DNA of 62,456 nucleotides, the filler included, from Rhabdomonas costata (taxonomy: Eukaryota): assembly GCA_019059605.1 (NCBI GenBank). It is 39 parts of 39 records of this genome, joined end to end, with 100 filler letters (N's around TTAATTAATTAA, not from the genome) between each part and the next. Parts side by side here need not be neighbours in the genome. Positions count along the whole stretch, not along the records: positions 11,232 to 12,736 come from JAHMHO010014299.1; positions 12,837 to 14,340 come from JAHMHO010014300.1; positions 14,441 to 15,944 come from JAHMHO010014301.1; positions 16,045 to 17,547 come from JAHMHO010014302.1; positions 17,648 to 19,151 come from JAHMHO010014303.1; positions 19,252 to 20,755 come from JAHMHO010014304.1; positions 20,856 to 22,359 come from JAHMHO010014305.1; positions 22,460 to 23,963 come from JAHMHO010014306.1; 31 more parts are not named here. The stretch is one strand, 5' to 3'. Made by a program: the position numbers and the translations under genes. The notes under the pieces were generated by a model, which ran no database searches, was not told the origin of the DNA, and saw only the letters and a list, made by a program, of their open reading frames with translations. Positions 12,461-24,620 of the stretch are shown here, in pieces (the first letter of the stretch is position 1; each line of letters starts with the position of its first letter).

Positions 12461-13195
12461 GAAATTAGTAGTGATGTGACCTTGGGGGGGGGAGCGACGG
12501 TGACGGATTTCTTTGAAATTGGTTCCCATCACTCGATCCGATTCGGTTGGAATAGCGCGATTTGCGTTGCGTATCTGGAGTTTTTCATTGTGTTGCCTTC
12601 AGCCATTCATTTTTTCTACTTTTTTTTTTGCATCAACTATTGCCTCTTTTGCTGCGCAGTGGTCACTGTGCAGTTCTCTGTGTGCCGGCAAATGCAGGAC
12701 CACCAGCGCCCAACCACCCACCAAACACACCCCACANNNNNNNNNNNNNNNNNNNNNNNNNNNNNNNNNNNNNNNNNNNNTTAATTAATTAANNNNNNNN
12801 NNNNNNNNNNNNNNNNNNNNNNNNNNNNNNNNNNNNGTGTTGGGGTGTGTTTGGTGTTTTGTGGACCAAGCTAGATGGCTTCACCTTGCAGATCAGGACG
12901 CAGCCCAGCGTCTCCCAGGGGTGCCTGCGCCGGCCCTCGTTCTGGAAGACAGTTGATCGTGGGACCCTTCCTGGTTTGCCCCCGGAGCAGGTCATTCCAA
13001 ATGTGAGAATGCTCGCATCCTCGGTTATCCTGCATTTGGTATTGAAAATGTTCACTTCACACTTGACACGTCGGTATCCTGGGTAAGGATATTGCGTATC
13101 CCGAAATCAGTCATTTGCTGGTTTGGCTGCTTGGGCACTTCTGATCAACGAAAGTAGCTCTTGAGAAGAGAACCTGTGAAACCGGGGAAACCTCC

Positions 13196-13430
13196 TCAGC
13201 AACTCCCAAAATATTGCAATCCTACTTGGCTGTATTTAGTTGGTTGCTGGTTGGTGTTTCGCAAAGCGCAGTTTGCATAATTGGTGTCGTGCCCACATAC
13301 AAGCATGTCATCGGTATGCATTAGAGCCAGATAGCCCATGGCCAATGGAAGCAGTCGACAATGAAGAAATAGAGCCAACGAAGATGTGGGTGTGGGGTGG
13401 CGCAGATCACCGCTGAGGGTTTTGAGAAGT
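13196..13430 (-). pseudogene. Degenerate reverse-transcriptase fragment (non-LTR-like)
   Basis: GDLRHPTPTSSLALFL...YLALMHTDDMLVCG...GLQYFG follows the order of the RT motifs QG.P.S..LF, YADD and YLG. Flanked by stops. Confidence 0.45.
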
Positions 13431-14681
13431 TGTCGATGGAGCTTCTGGGTCGTCCAGGAGTGAGCAGTGTGGAGCTCTGTCAGAGGAGCTCCGGGGTAGG
13501 AGTGCGGGTGCTTTCCTACCCTGGTATCGAATCTGTGCCGTATGTCTTTTTCCCTCACTTTTGCCGCTGCTCTCGTCGTTCGTGATTTCCCATTTGGCGT
13601 CCCGATAGAACATCTTTTCTGAATAGAAAGTAGCAAGATCGGGGGGTATTGTGTAGTTGGGATGTTCGCACCGGTACATTTTGTGAAAGCCATTCCGTCT
13701 TTTCACCCCACGAAGGAGTTTCACAAACAGTCGCACCCCCCCCCTCCCCCCTGTAACTGTGTGGTGCGGCGTGGCGAAATCGGGAATCGTCGGTCCGCAC
13801 CTATTTCCACAGGAGGGCCCTAGGGTGGTTAACGAGTATGGGGCTCGGTACTGCCGGATGCTGAATGAAGTGTATTTAACAAATGCAGTCTAACAGCGAA
13901 TACAACATGGAAGTTTGGGCGCTCTTAGGACTTTGGATAGCTTTGTTTTTGTCCTTTTGTCTTTTTCTTATTTTTGAAGTCTATTGATATTTTGATTCGC
14001 GAGCGTTCCTCTTGTTCGACTTTGCCCGTCATCATAAGCTGCCAAGGTGCCTCATTGCAACGCTTTTTTTGTGGGACGCGTGTGCAGGTTAGTCGCCCAT
14101 GGGGTTGCTTTGGAGACGCAGTTTGGAGCCGGATTTAAGCTGTTCCAGCGCCACACTGCGGAGGTGGGTATGAGGTTTTTCGCAATCCTGAGTAGCGAAT
14201 TGGGTGGTTTGGTTTGGGCATGCTCTTCTGAAAGTGGGCCGGTGAACCTGGTGAAGGTGGCTCTGGAGAGGAGCCCAAGATACGAATCGCCAGCTTTTTT
14301 GTTAATAGTGCAGCCGGTGTTTTTCTTGTTGGTAACTAAANNNNNNNNNNNNNNNNNNNNNNNNNNNNNNNNNNNNNNNNNNNNTTAATTAATTAANNNN
14401 NNNNNNNNNNNNNNNNNNNNNNNNNNNNNNNNNNNNNNNNAGAGCCGCTTCTCCACATGAAAAAAAGACCAGCACAATTTGGACAGGCGCGTTGATTGAT
14501 TTCCCCTGTGCAGGACGGTCGGGTGCTTATCTTTCTGATGATGCGAAAAATCTCGAGCCGAGCTTCTTCGGCAGGCTCCATGGTATGCCTGATTTCGGAG
14601 TAACATACTTCCCCTGCAGCTGCCCATGCACGTCCTTCCCTTCCTAACCGTCCAGCCTCCCACGGGTTCCTGGGCCCATAC

Positions 14682-15944
14682 CTGGGCAGTCGCAATCGAG
14701 CGGAGAACCGCAGCGCCTCGGCCACGGTGGCGCAGGGCGAGTGGATGTCGTTCTGCTCGCAGTACCCCGCCAGCCGCCCCATGGTGGCCTTGTCCATGGG
14801 ATGGCCATTCAGAAGGATATCCCCGAGGATCTTCCCGGTGGTTTTGCGCCCCGCCAGCACGTCCAGAAGGGTGCTCTTACCTTTTGGTTACAGATGTGTG
14901 CGAGTTTCCGATCCCTGAACATCCGACAGCCTTACTTTTTCTTGAAATGATTCAATGGGCGAGGCTCTTGGCCCGCCAACCAATAGCAGATGTGAAACAG
15001 ATGGGAATAAGAGAAATAACATCAGTCCGAATTCTTAGCCAGTGCACAAGTCATCACATCCATGATGCTCTTTGGTATAACCGGACCAAGATGCGCATTT
15101 TTTTTGCCAAGGGAAGAGACAAATAAGGCAGGCCGCACTGAGGCTGAAAAGGTAATTCCTGAAGACAGGGAGGGATCCCATTACCTTCGGGTACCAACGA
15201 CTCTGTACTCTTCATAAGATCATAAGAGGCGAGCGGTGAGGGGTAAGAGGGTGTGCATGTGCAGATAGTGTTGCAGCTCAAAGATGCACACCGGCACCGC
15301 TGCTGCCCATCAGGGCTGTCACTGTGCCAGGTCGGGCAAACCCGCTGATCTGGTTGAGCAGGGTGAGGTTGTAGCGACCCCTCTCTTTGGGAAGGTCAAC
15401 CTTGGCCCCCACCCCCACACCCCATCACAAAAACCCCAGAGGGGTAGGAAGAGGCAATGCAATTGTTGCTGCTGCGAAGCGTGCGTGCGTGCGTGCGTCG
15501 GTGTGGAGGGGCTGGGACGGAATAAGAGATCACGCGTGACGCTAAAATCCAGCTTGCAGAATGTGTCAGATGGGGAGCAGACAGATGAGGGATCAATAGG
15601 GGCCATAATTCATCAAAACGTTTCGATGGACTGAAAAGGAAGGCCTGGGTTGGAGAGAAGTACCCATCCCAAATGCGATTCACAACAAGGGCGCACAGAC
15701 CTTGTAGCTCACGTTCCGGAAGGCTAAGGTGACGGGCGTCGGGGCGGTATTGCGGCGGCGCATTGGGGTGGAGACGGCCGTGGCGTCCGCGGGGTTATTG
15801 CGTGAGTCCCCCCCTCCGGCGACCTTCTCGGGCCACCGAATGAACCGCAGGGCCACCGACAGCAGCACGAGCAGCACCGCGAAGAACACCACCAGAATCC
15901 CGATGTAGACCCCAATGAACCACTCCTCGGTACCAAAGCCCTTG
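14682..15944 (-). CDS. ABCG/PDR-type ABC transporter, 3 exons (>15944-15701, 15400-15292, 14880-14682)
   Basis: TM segment, then [81 protein letters not shown], i.e. the second NBD of PDR-type ABCG. Walker A is split by a phase-1 intron. Confidence 0.97.
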
Positions 15945-16160
15945 NNNNNNNNNNNNNNNNNNNNNNNNNNNNNNNNNNNNNNNNNNNNTTAATTAATTAA
16001 NNNNNNNNNNNNNNNNNNNNNNNNNNNNNNNNNNNNNNNNNNNNGGTTTTGTTGGCAGCCCCTTCGGTAGGCAACCCATCGGCCCGAAACAGACAAACAA
16101 ACCAAAAGAAAGGATGGCCAAAACATCTCGGTGGATCTCGAAATGCTGCGACAAACACAC

Positions 16161-17547
16161 CTGACAACTTTGCCATCAGGGCAGGTTGGGGGATCCATTC
16201 CAAGAGCTGCCTTCGCCATGTCCTGCGTCTTGAAGGTGACAAAACCTGCCAGAGAAGACCAAAAAAGTTTTGCGTGGATGTCGAGGAAGACGTACAGAAA
16301 CACAGGCGAAAGGCAGCAGGCACACCTCGCCCAGCAAAGGCACCATCCCTCTCCAGCCACTTAATCCTCACCACGGCGTCATCTCCCAGGCTCTTGTAGT
16401 GCTCCTTGACCACATCGTCATTGATGGAGGGCGGGCAGCCTCCCAAAGAGATGTCGCAAGAGTTGTCCATCGGAGCCCTCGGTCCCGATGCTGAGCCGAA
16501 AGGAAATTGGCAGCAACACCATTATCCGTGAAGGTTGATGGCAAAACAAAAGCAAACTGTTTGACCGATTGACTGTTCATGATTTGATCAAGATATCAGT
16601 GAAATTGCTGGAACGGCATGAAGCCTGCAGCCAGATGGGCGCTTTGTTACTTGCAGAACTTGAGAAGGTGAATGGGACATCGCAGAATCCATTCTGAAGC
16701 AATTGAGCATATTCTTGGAGGTAGACCGGATCGCGTTGACGTCATCCGATACTCCGATGCTCTGGCATGGCAACCTTCCTGCTTTCAGACGGAGTCGTCG
16801 TCATGTGCCCTTCATTGGTAATGCCCTCTCTAGACGTCGGATAAAAGCACACGACCCAGGGGCCAGCTCATGGCACGCATGTTGCATTGCCGGCATGCAG
16901 CCCACAAAAACATGGGTAGGTGGATGTGCGTGCGTGCGGAGGGGGGGGGTTCTGGAATAGAAAGAACAAATTTGTATCTCGACTGTAGAGACACGTTTGC
17001 AGACCAGAAGGATTGAAGAGATGGGGTGTTTACCAACGCCTCAAGTTTGAAGTGAAGCCGTATGCGGGTTGGCGGTACAAAAAGCACACACACCCTGCTG
17101 TTGGTCACGCGGCAAGTTCAGCTTTTGAACGACAGTGCGTCCATCAACCACGGGCGGAGGCAAAGCGGCCGCCTTTGAAGCAAGCTCCGGGGAAGAAAAC
17201 TTGATGAAGCCTGAACAAAAAACATAAAACGACGTGTACACGAAAAAAGATGGGTGAAGCGAACACGACACAAAAAGCAACAAACCAATCCCGCGGAAGC
17301 TGCCGTCTTCCTTGCTGGTTACCCACTTGATTCCGATGATGTTCTCCTCTCCAAGGGAAGCATAGTGCTTCATAACCACTCCGTCATTGATGCTGTCAGG
17401 ACATCTCAGGAGGATAATCTCGTCAATGGTGGAATTGGTCTGGGCAGCGGGAGTGGGAGCTGGCTTGGCCACCGTCTTCGCAACCTTCGCAGGGGGAGCC
17501 TGTGAGGGGGGAGCGCTGGCCAAGCCAGCTCCCACTCCCACCACCCA
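16161..17547 (-). CDS. Multi-RRM RNA-binding protein (nucleolin/NSR1-like), 4 exons (>17547-17286, 17210-17094, 16490-16326, 16245-16161)
   Basis: Two tandem RRMs with RNP1 motifs RGIGFIKF and AGRGFVTF. All junctions are GT-AG and in frame. Confidence 0.85.
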
Positions 17548-19714
17548 NNNNNNNNNNNNNNNNNNNNNNNNNNNNNNNNNNNNNNNNNNNNTTAATTAAT
17601 TAANNNNNNNNNNNNNNNNNNNNNNNNNNNNNNNNNNNNNNNNNNNNGGGGTGTGGGGACCAGAAAAATTACGCTTTATGCGAGGAAATAAATCATCAAA
17701 ATGTTCGGAATGGCAATGAAAAATCGGGGTTGGGGTAACGGACGGACTGAATCCTTCTTAATCTAGAGAAAGTGAGTGGGGCATTGGGATCTTCAAAACT
17801 GGTTACACGACCCTGGTGACTGGTGACCATGAGGAGCAGAGCTGGGTGACGGAAATAGTGATAAGGTATGGTTTGCCAACGGTTGCCCAAAGTAAAAATG
17901 GCGCCAGAAATACGCAGAGATAAAGCTGTGTTAAACTTCAACAGCCTTTCCGACTCCACAACGGGAAGATCAAGGAGTGTGAGACGACCAACCCCAACGA
18001 TGAACACAGGGCGGGTTTCGTTTTAAATGGTCCGGGACATCTTGGGCGATGTGCATTGGGGAGAAGCTAGGACCTGGAGGTGGGAATTCCCTTGGAGGAA
18101 GATGCAAGTGTCCTCAAAATCGAATGTCAAACACCCCCTAATCGTGCAATTCAAACCGCGGTCAACAACCATGCAAGCATAAACATTTCTCAGACGAAAC
18201 GTTTGCGGCCAAGGTACGCGGCTCCAAGCGTGGAGCGCATATTCCATGAGCGTGATTAGAAAAATTGATAGCGCGTGCTCGCGTAGGAGCGTAGGAGCTC
18301 CTCCAATTCAACTCAGCAACAGACGGACGATGCAGTGACAGAATGAACACAAAGCATCAGTTCAAGCCACCGTTTGCATTAAGTCTCTGCACTGCGACCA
18401 GCCTCACCGCTAACTGCAAATGTTGCTGACAGGGTACGAGCACTTCTCTAATGCGATAAACACCGAGATGGCAAACGAAGAAGCTCACAAACCTTCATGA
18501 GTGCATGCTTCAATCTGACAAGCATGCAACCGAGCGATCGTGTGCAAGGATGGAGGAGGCGGCAGTGCAGGAAATGCAAAGCACCCTTGCGAATTGCGCG
18601 GTGCCTTCAACGGGGAATGCGAAGACGCTAGGCAATGGATGGAGGTGGCAAATAACCCTTTCCATACCGATAGAACAAGCAAAAGAAGGCAGAAAAAACG
18701 CCGTTGCCCGGCAACCCAAAGTAGCTACCGTCCGAATTATAAAAACGCACGCGATCGAAACAACAATACCAACATAGAATAATGGATAGGGATACAAATA
18801 GTTGCGGTGTGCGCTCAAGCTGTGTCTGCAGTACAACGCACCCATGGCGCATGAGTTGGGCGTTCACAAAGGAAGAGAGAGGGTTCAAATGGAGTACTCT
18901 CAAAAGAAAAAAGACACAGCGAAGGCATGCGCAGGCATAGCCCCCTTACGACAACCCAACTCATATTCCGACCCTACCCACTGCAGTACAAAAACCAACA
19001 GAAAAACCTCAAAGCAATGCAACCTTAGAAATTGAGCCTCGCTTCTACTCCCTCCCACAAAGCTTCATACGAAAACTGCCAGCGCCTGCTCCACCGCAGT
19101 GCGGCAGATTGGGCACTCCCTGACCAGCGGAGGGGTAGTGCCTTTGTGGGGNNNNNNNNNNNNNNNNNNNNNNNNNNNNNNNNNNNNNNNNNNNNTTAAT
19201 TAATTAANNNNNNNNNNNNNNNNNNNNNNNNNNNNNNNNNNNNNNNNNNNNGTGGTTTGGGGTTCCGGTGGCTTTTGACCCCTTCAGTTTTGGGCTCTTG
19301 GGACTCTTGCGACCGGTGCCTCAGGTCCCCCTGTGTCTCCTCTTGTGGACTTTCTCGTCATTGCGGACACGCAGCCAGCAGCATCGCTGGTCCATAGGGG
19401 CTTTTGGTTGAAGGGCTGGTCAACCAACTGGGCAACCGGAAGCCTTCAAAAGCTGTCCCCATACGTTTTCTCCGTTTCTTCTGAACATCAACCTGACCTC
19501 TTTTTCGCGACCACCTCTGCACTTTTCTGCGCATTGACCCTGACCACGGGCTTGTTAAATGTGGATGTTCTGCCACCAAAGAATCATTGGGTGAAACCGA
19601 ACAAAGAACATGGGGCGTGCTCGCAAATCAAGCTTTTTCTGCGCTGAGAGTCTTCTTGGGTTTTTTCATGCCCCGGTGGTTTGTGCGTGGTTTGTGGTTG
19701 CGTTGCTGTGCAAG

Positions 19715-20602
19715 GTGTGCAAGCTGGTATTGGAGCGGGACGAGCTCTGCCTGGGCGGGGTGATTATGCTGCGGCTGCAGCCCCAGTCTTCCGGGGAGTT
19801 CGCAGGGCTGGTGGAGGTGCGGATGCCACAAGAAGCTAAGCTCAGGGCTAAGTTGGAGGGTGTTTACACCGACAGCGAGGCCAACAGCATCTGCTACAGC
19901 GTTCACCCCCAGAAGGCACGCCCTGGCCGCCTCTCCTCTCGTCCTTTTTGTGGCTTCAGAGAACTGGGTAATTTTGACTTTTATTTTTACCTCTGTACGC
20001 TTTTTGGTTGTCTCCCTTCGTGGCGATTTTATGTGCACCGGTCTTTCGGACACTTTTGCTCCCCTACCAGTTTGCTTGTACAATGTTGCCCCGGGTGTTT
20101 TCCACGTGGAAATGCTCATGGCTGTGCATGACGAAAGGCAGATCCATTTTCTCCTGTGGCATTGCATAAAGCGCTGAGTATTGATGTGCTTATTTCGCGC
20201 CTGAGTTGTTTTGAATGCATCCCAGTGCTTCAAGAAGCTCAGGGTTCTTGGTGCGTGATTCACTCCCAAGTCGCTGTCAGCCATTATTCTGCGACCGTTG
20301 CCTTTGGCATCCTTACCCTACGAGGTACGAGGCAAGTACGAGGCATGCAAGTCATATCTGTTGCCCGCCAAAAACAAGATAACCAGTGCACCACCGGCCT
20401 ATGCCTGCCTCCACACAGGGGGACTGGGTCCCGCTGGAGGTGTTCTGCCGGCAAGTACCGCGCTCCGTGTCGCACCGCCTGGAGATGCGTCTGCAGCTCT
20501 ACGCCGCGATTGCTCGGGACAACCCCCAGGCCCGGGACGTCGTGCTGAAGCACATCCCGCCCAAGATGCTGCACTCTATACTCTGCGGGCCGCACAACAC
20601 AG
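19715..20602 (+). CDS. Probable IP3-receptor/RyR-like Ca2+ channel fragment, 2 exons (19715-19915, 20419-20602)
   Basis: VCKLVLERD...RLQLYAAIARDNPQARDVVLKHIPPKMLHSIL recalls the IP3R RIH region (ICKAVL...QLNLFARMC.DR). The in-frame join needs a GC donor at 19916. Confidence 0.45.
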
Positions 20603-21610
20603 GTGCACCCCCCGTCCTCACCCCACTCAACCTTGGGCTCCATTTTTCCCATCGATATTGTTTTTCTGCCGATGACATATCCTCGAAATGTCTTCGCGTT
20701 CCCTTCCATCCCAATTGTCAAGTTTCCTTCCCAAGTCGTTTGATCCCCAACCACCNNNNNNNNNNNNNNNNNNNNNNNNNNNNNNNNNNNNNNNNNNNNT
20801 TAATTAATTAANNNNNNNNNNNNNNNNNNNNNNNNNNNNNNNNNNNNNNNNNNNNTGTTGTACACATACGCCATGATCAAGCGCACATACTTCAGCAAGA
20901 ACTGCAATAGAAGTTTGGTGAATTATCGGTGGCATGTGCATGCAGACACAGCAGGCAGTGATCAATATTGAGGGGGTTTTTTGTTCACCTGGAAGCCCGT
21001 CTCTCGCGACCTGCTGGCTGGTGATTAATCACAATGCTTCCGTAGGATATTCTGGACTCTGCTAAACGGCGTTCTCCGTTGCCTCCATTCCCTTTCTGTT
21101 TCCTTGTTGTTGCAGTGGAATTCGTTACATCCATTATATCAGACTTGTGGTTTATGCATGCCCAACGCTGCATTTCCGTAAACCTTCAAGGATCGCACTC
21201 TTTCTTTAAATGCACGCCATTGCTCACAGAAAGCCTTCCAGGGGCTGAGTCACACGCACACATACGCCGTGTAAGGCCACTCTCCAATGTAAGAGTGGCC
21301 GGAAACTCTCCATCAGCAGGAAGAAATATCTTTCAGAGAAAGGCAGGAAGTGCTTAAATGGTGGGTGGGCGAGGAGGCTAATCCCCTGTCTCTGTCTTTG
21401 CACTAAGCCCTCCATCTCACAACCACTTTTCTTCAAAATCATCACAAAGAGAGAGATCTCTCCAGCACGAAAACCAACGGACGAGCGTGTAGCAAGACCA
21501 TGGAGACATGAGACGTGAAGCAGGCAAAAGGTACTGTACAAAGCCACCCACCAATCACCGCAAACAAGGGTCAATGAGTATTGCGAGAGTGGAGAGCCGC
21601 CACCAACTCG

Positions 21611-21733
21611 TCAGAGGAGAGACTTTGCGCGGCCGTGGGTGGTCCGGAGGTGAGCGTGGGTGTGGTCGATGTGGGAGTCCATCTCCTCCAGCATTTGGTT
21701 GTGCTGCCCTAAAGTGTCCCCGATCTCATGGCC
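21611..21733 (-). CDS. Terminal exon: Qc-type SNARE motif with no TM anchor (SNAP-25/29-like)
   Basis: ctgacag|GHEIGDTLGQHNQMLEEMDSHIDHTHAHLRTTHGRAKSLL* matches the C-terminal SNAP-25-family pattern 'iG.El..Qn..ld.....vd.t...l.....a..ll*'. Confidence 0.7.
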   Translation of the reverse strand, partial: GHEIGDTLGQHNQMLEEMDSHIDHTHAHLRTTHGRAKSLL

Positions 21734-22613
21734 CTGTCAGCCCGGGACCCCCCCCCCTACCGAATTTCCCGTCAACACTGAACAGCCGCAAGCCGCATCC
21801 CATCGCAACCCAGCTGAAGTCAACAAGTCACATGCATCTCTCTCTAGAACAGGCTGCATGAATGATAGGACGAGTGCATGTGCATGTGTGCTGCCGCATA
21901 GTTTCGTGGTGGTGGGACGTGTAAGGACGGTGAAGCGTTCATCCCCACTTGGCAACAAAGAGTGTCTGCATTCCCTGCGGGGTCAAGGCGGATGTCACCA
22001 CAGGATGACAGAAACTCCATCTCCATCTCCATCGCCATGTCGCGACCAATATCTGATCATTTTGGGTTGCTCGGAAGGCGCAATTTTTATAGTAAGTTTT
22101 GGGTTTGTGCTAAGTTTTAAAGAGAACGGCGAAGTCCGCATACACAGCATGTTCTTTATGCGCAAAACCCACACTATGAAGTGGACTCCCCTATGTGGCT
22201 GACAAGCAGCTGGGAGAGCGTGTATCGAAAGGGGGACCAGAAGGGTAACGCTCAAAAACTTTTTTCAGCCGCGTCCCCAAATTTGACCAATTGCATCTCT
22301 CGACCCCAATAACCAACTCTAGCGGCATCCCCCCCACCAACCCACCCACACCCAACACANNNNNNNNNNNNNNNNNNNNNNNNNNNNNNNNNNNNNNNNN
22401 NNNTTAATTAATTAANNNNNNNNNNNNNNNNNNNNNNNNNNNNNNNNNNNNNNNNNNNNGGGGGTGGGGGGATCAGGTGCGGTGAACATGAGACCATAGT
22501 TGCGTCGGCAACAGAATGATAGGATGAAAATATACAGAAAAAGGACACACGGACGTAAGGATATATAATAGCACACAAACACATCCACGGAGTCAGGCGG
22601 GTGTGAGACGAAC

Positions 22614-23768
22614 CCTTGAGCAAGGTGGCAAAGCTGGACGAGGACAGGGTGCCCGAGCGGAGCTCAATCTTGCACGCCATCAGCAACACAAACATCATCT
22701 TGTGCTCCTCAAACAGCCCGCGACCGATGTAGCGGAAAATGCCGAAGGTAATGTAGTCGATGATCGCGGAAATTCGCTTGGAGGTCAGCTGGTGCCTCTC
22801 CGACTTGTCAATCCCGCCGTCGTACAATGACAGGAACTGGTTCAACGAGGTTTGGTACATCGGGTTGACCTGAGGGAGAGATGAAGGGTTCAACAGAGAA
22901 GGACCCGAGGGGAACCTCAAAGCTTTCTCCGACTTTTGTTGTTTGCACGCTTTCCTATACATTTTTGTATTGCGATCGAAGAGGATGGTCCATGTGGCAT
23001 ATGCGCATTTCTGAATGGTTGGGTGTCCAACGGATGATCCAAGCATACTGTCTCCATGCTTCTGTGTTCCCTCGAAAGTTTTGGCTCACAAGGGCCTTAT
23101 CATCACCTCCATTTGACCCGAAAGAACTTCTATTCCTTGCAAAAGCAGGAGAAAACGCACTGGCTGAGACCTGGGTGTGGAGGAACCTTCAAGGGTACCC
23201 GCAGGAGTTGATGCCGAAACTATGTTCGATTCCCACGATGCGTATGTATAGCTGCGCTTCAGCTCCTTGCGTGCTTTTTCCTCAAGCCTCTGCCCGGGCG
23301 GTGATGAGCTTTTCGCCTCGTGTTTCCCTTGTGTGGGTTGCCATCTCTTCTGTTTGTCAAAACCCCGCGTCCCTGATGAAAGCGACCCACGCACAGCTTG
23401 CGACATGCTTGCGACAGGCGCCGCGGTTGCCGCCATTTGCTCTGCAGGCTGCTTGGATGTGAAAGACTCTCTCACTAGGCTAAAACCACACGCACGCACA
23501 CCAGGGACATCTCCACCACAAGGAAGTAGAGCACGGAGCCCCGGATGGCAACCGGGCGGTACTCCTCGCGGGCGGTGTTGATTCTCTTGCGGGTCTCCAC
23601 GGCGATGCTGAGCTTCTCCTTGATCTCGGTGCTGGCCTTCTTGGCGTCGGCCAGGGTCTCGATCAGTTTGTCATCGTCAATGAGGTTCCCCGAGGATGCG
23701 CTGAGCTGGGCCAGCAACTTGTCCTCGTAGGCCTTCAGCCTCTTCTCGTTCTCGTTCACCTCCTCCAC
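22614..23768 (-). CDS. Axonemal dynein heavy chain (outer-arm gamma/DNAH5-8-like), 2 exons (23768-23502, 22869-22614)
   Basis: EDKLLAQLSASSGNLIDDDKLIETL...AREEYRPVAIRGSVLYFLVVEMSL|VNPMYQTSLNQFL...SKRISAIIDY...RGLFEEHK, the AAA5-AAA6 region. Confidence 0.97.
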
Positions 23769-24503
23769 CTGCGCGTGCGCGGGACGCGCTCCCTTGTGAA
23801 GCCCATCTAATCCTATTCCAAGTGAAACCCATTTGCCCATTTTTACGCCATCTGATATTCATCCTTTTTGCGGAATAAAAGGCTCCTGAACAAAGATCAA
23901 TCGAACCTGCCCCTTCCCACTGAATTGGGGACGGATAAAAAGGCATCTGTATGCAAAAAAACCNNNNNNNNNNNNNNNNNNNNNNNNNNNNNNNNNNNNN
24001 NNNNNNNTTAATTAATTAANNNNNNNNNNNNNNNNNNNNNNNNNNNNNNNNNNNNNNNNNNNNTGTGGGTGGTAAATTATTTCAATTTTTGGACCATGCG
24101 ATACTATCACGTCCTTAAATGCCCTCCGGCCAGGGTCTGGGGTCAGTCGCTCCGGCCGTGTGGGAGACTGATCTCCGTCACTGACCGAACCTCAGCGGCG
24201 GCATAGTCCTTGACCAGCATGTTGGATGGTGACCTCACGAAATCCATCACTAAAAAGGAAGATTCACTTGGGATGCACATTATAACGCACCCTCTTATTC
24301 CACAGTACCTGCAATCTCTTCGAGCGCACTGAGTGACCATCACTTTCCTTCACGCAACAGTCTTGACGCTTTCTCTTTGTCTGTCGGCAGATGCTGGGTG
24401 GGAGACTGACATGGGACGGACGCTTTTTTGTAGTCTCACCTGGCAGATCAGTCAACGGGGTTGGGTTTTTTGGTGTGTTGAATGGTGGTTGAACAATCAA
24501 CAG

Positions 24504-24620
24504 GCCCCCAAAGTTGAAGACTTTGAGGAGTACGAGAACACAGAGATCTTCTTCGAGCACCTCGCGGCGGCCCAGGGGTTCTCCTCCCCGAAGCGCGAGG
24601 ACCCAGCCAGACCCTTTTGA
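24504..24620 (+). CDS. Probable terminal exon, protein unidentified
   Basis: caacag| followed by GC3-rich codons: APKVEDFEEYENTEIFFEHLAAAQGFSSPKREDPARPF*. Confidence 0.45.
   Translation, partial: APKVEDFEEYENTEIFFEHLAAAQGFSSPKREDPARPF

Noticed and set aside
16491..17093. Intronic snoRNA in the nucleolin-like gene
   Set aside because: I found no convincing C (RTGATGA) and D (CTGA) box pair with a terminal stem on the sense strand.
17648..19151. Decayed LINE in this contig (LEKVSGALG-like motif)
   Set aside because: A single weak motif with all frames broken; it cannot be supported without a profile search.
22331..22359. Telomeres or nanochromosome ends at the contig termini
   Set aside because: There is no fixed repeat unit, the polarity is opposite to telomeres (C/A at 3' ends), and contigs cut genes mid-intron or mid-exon.
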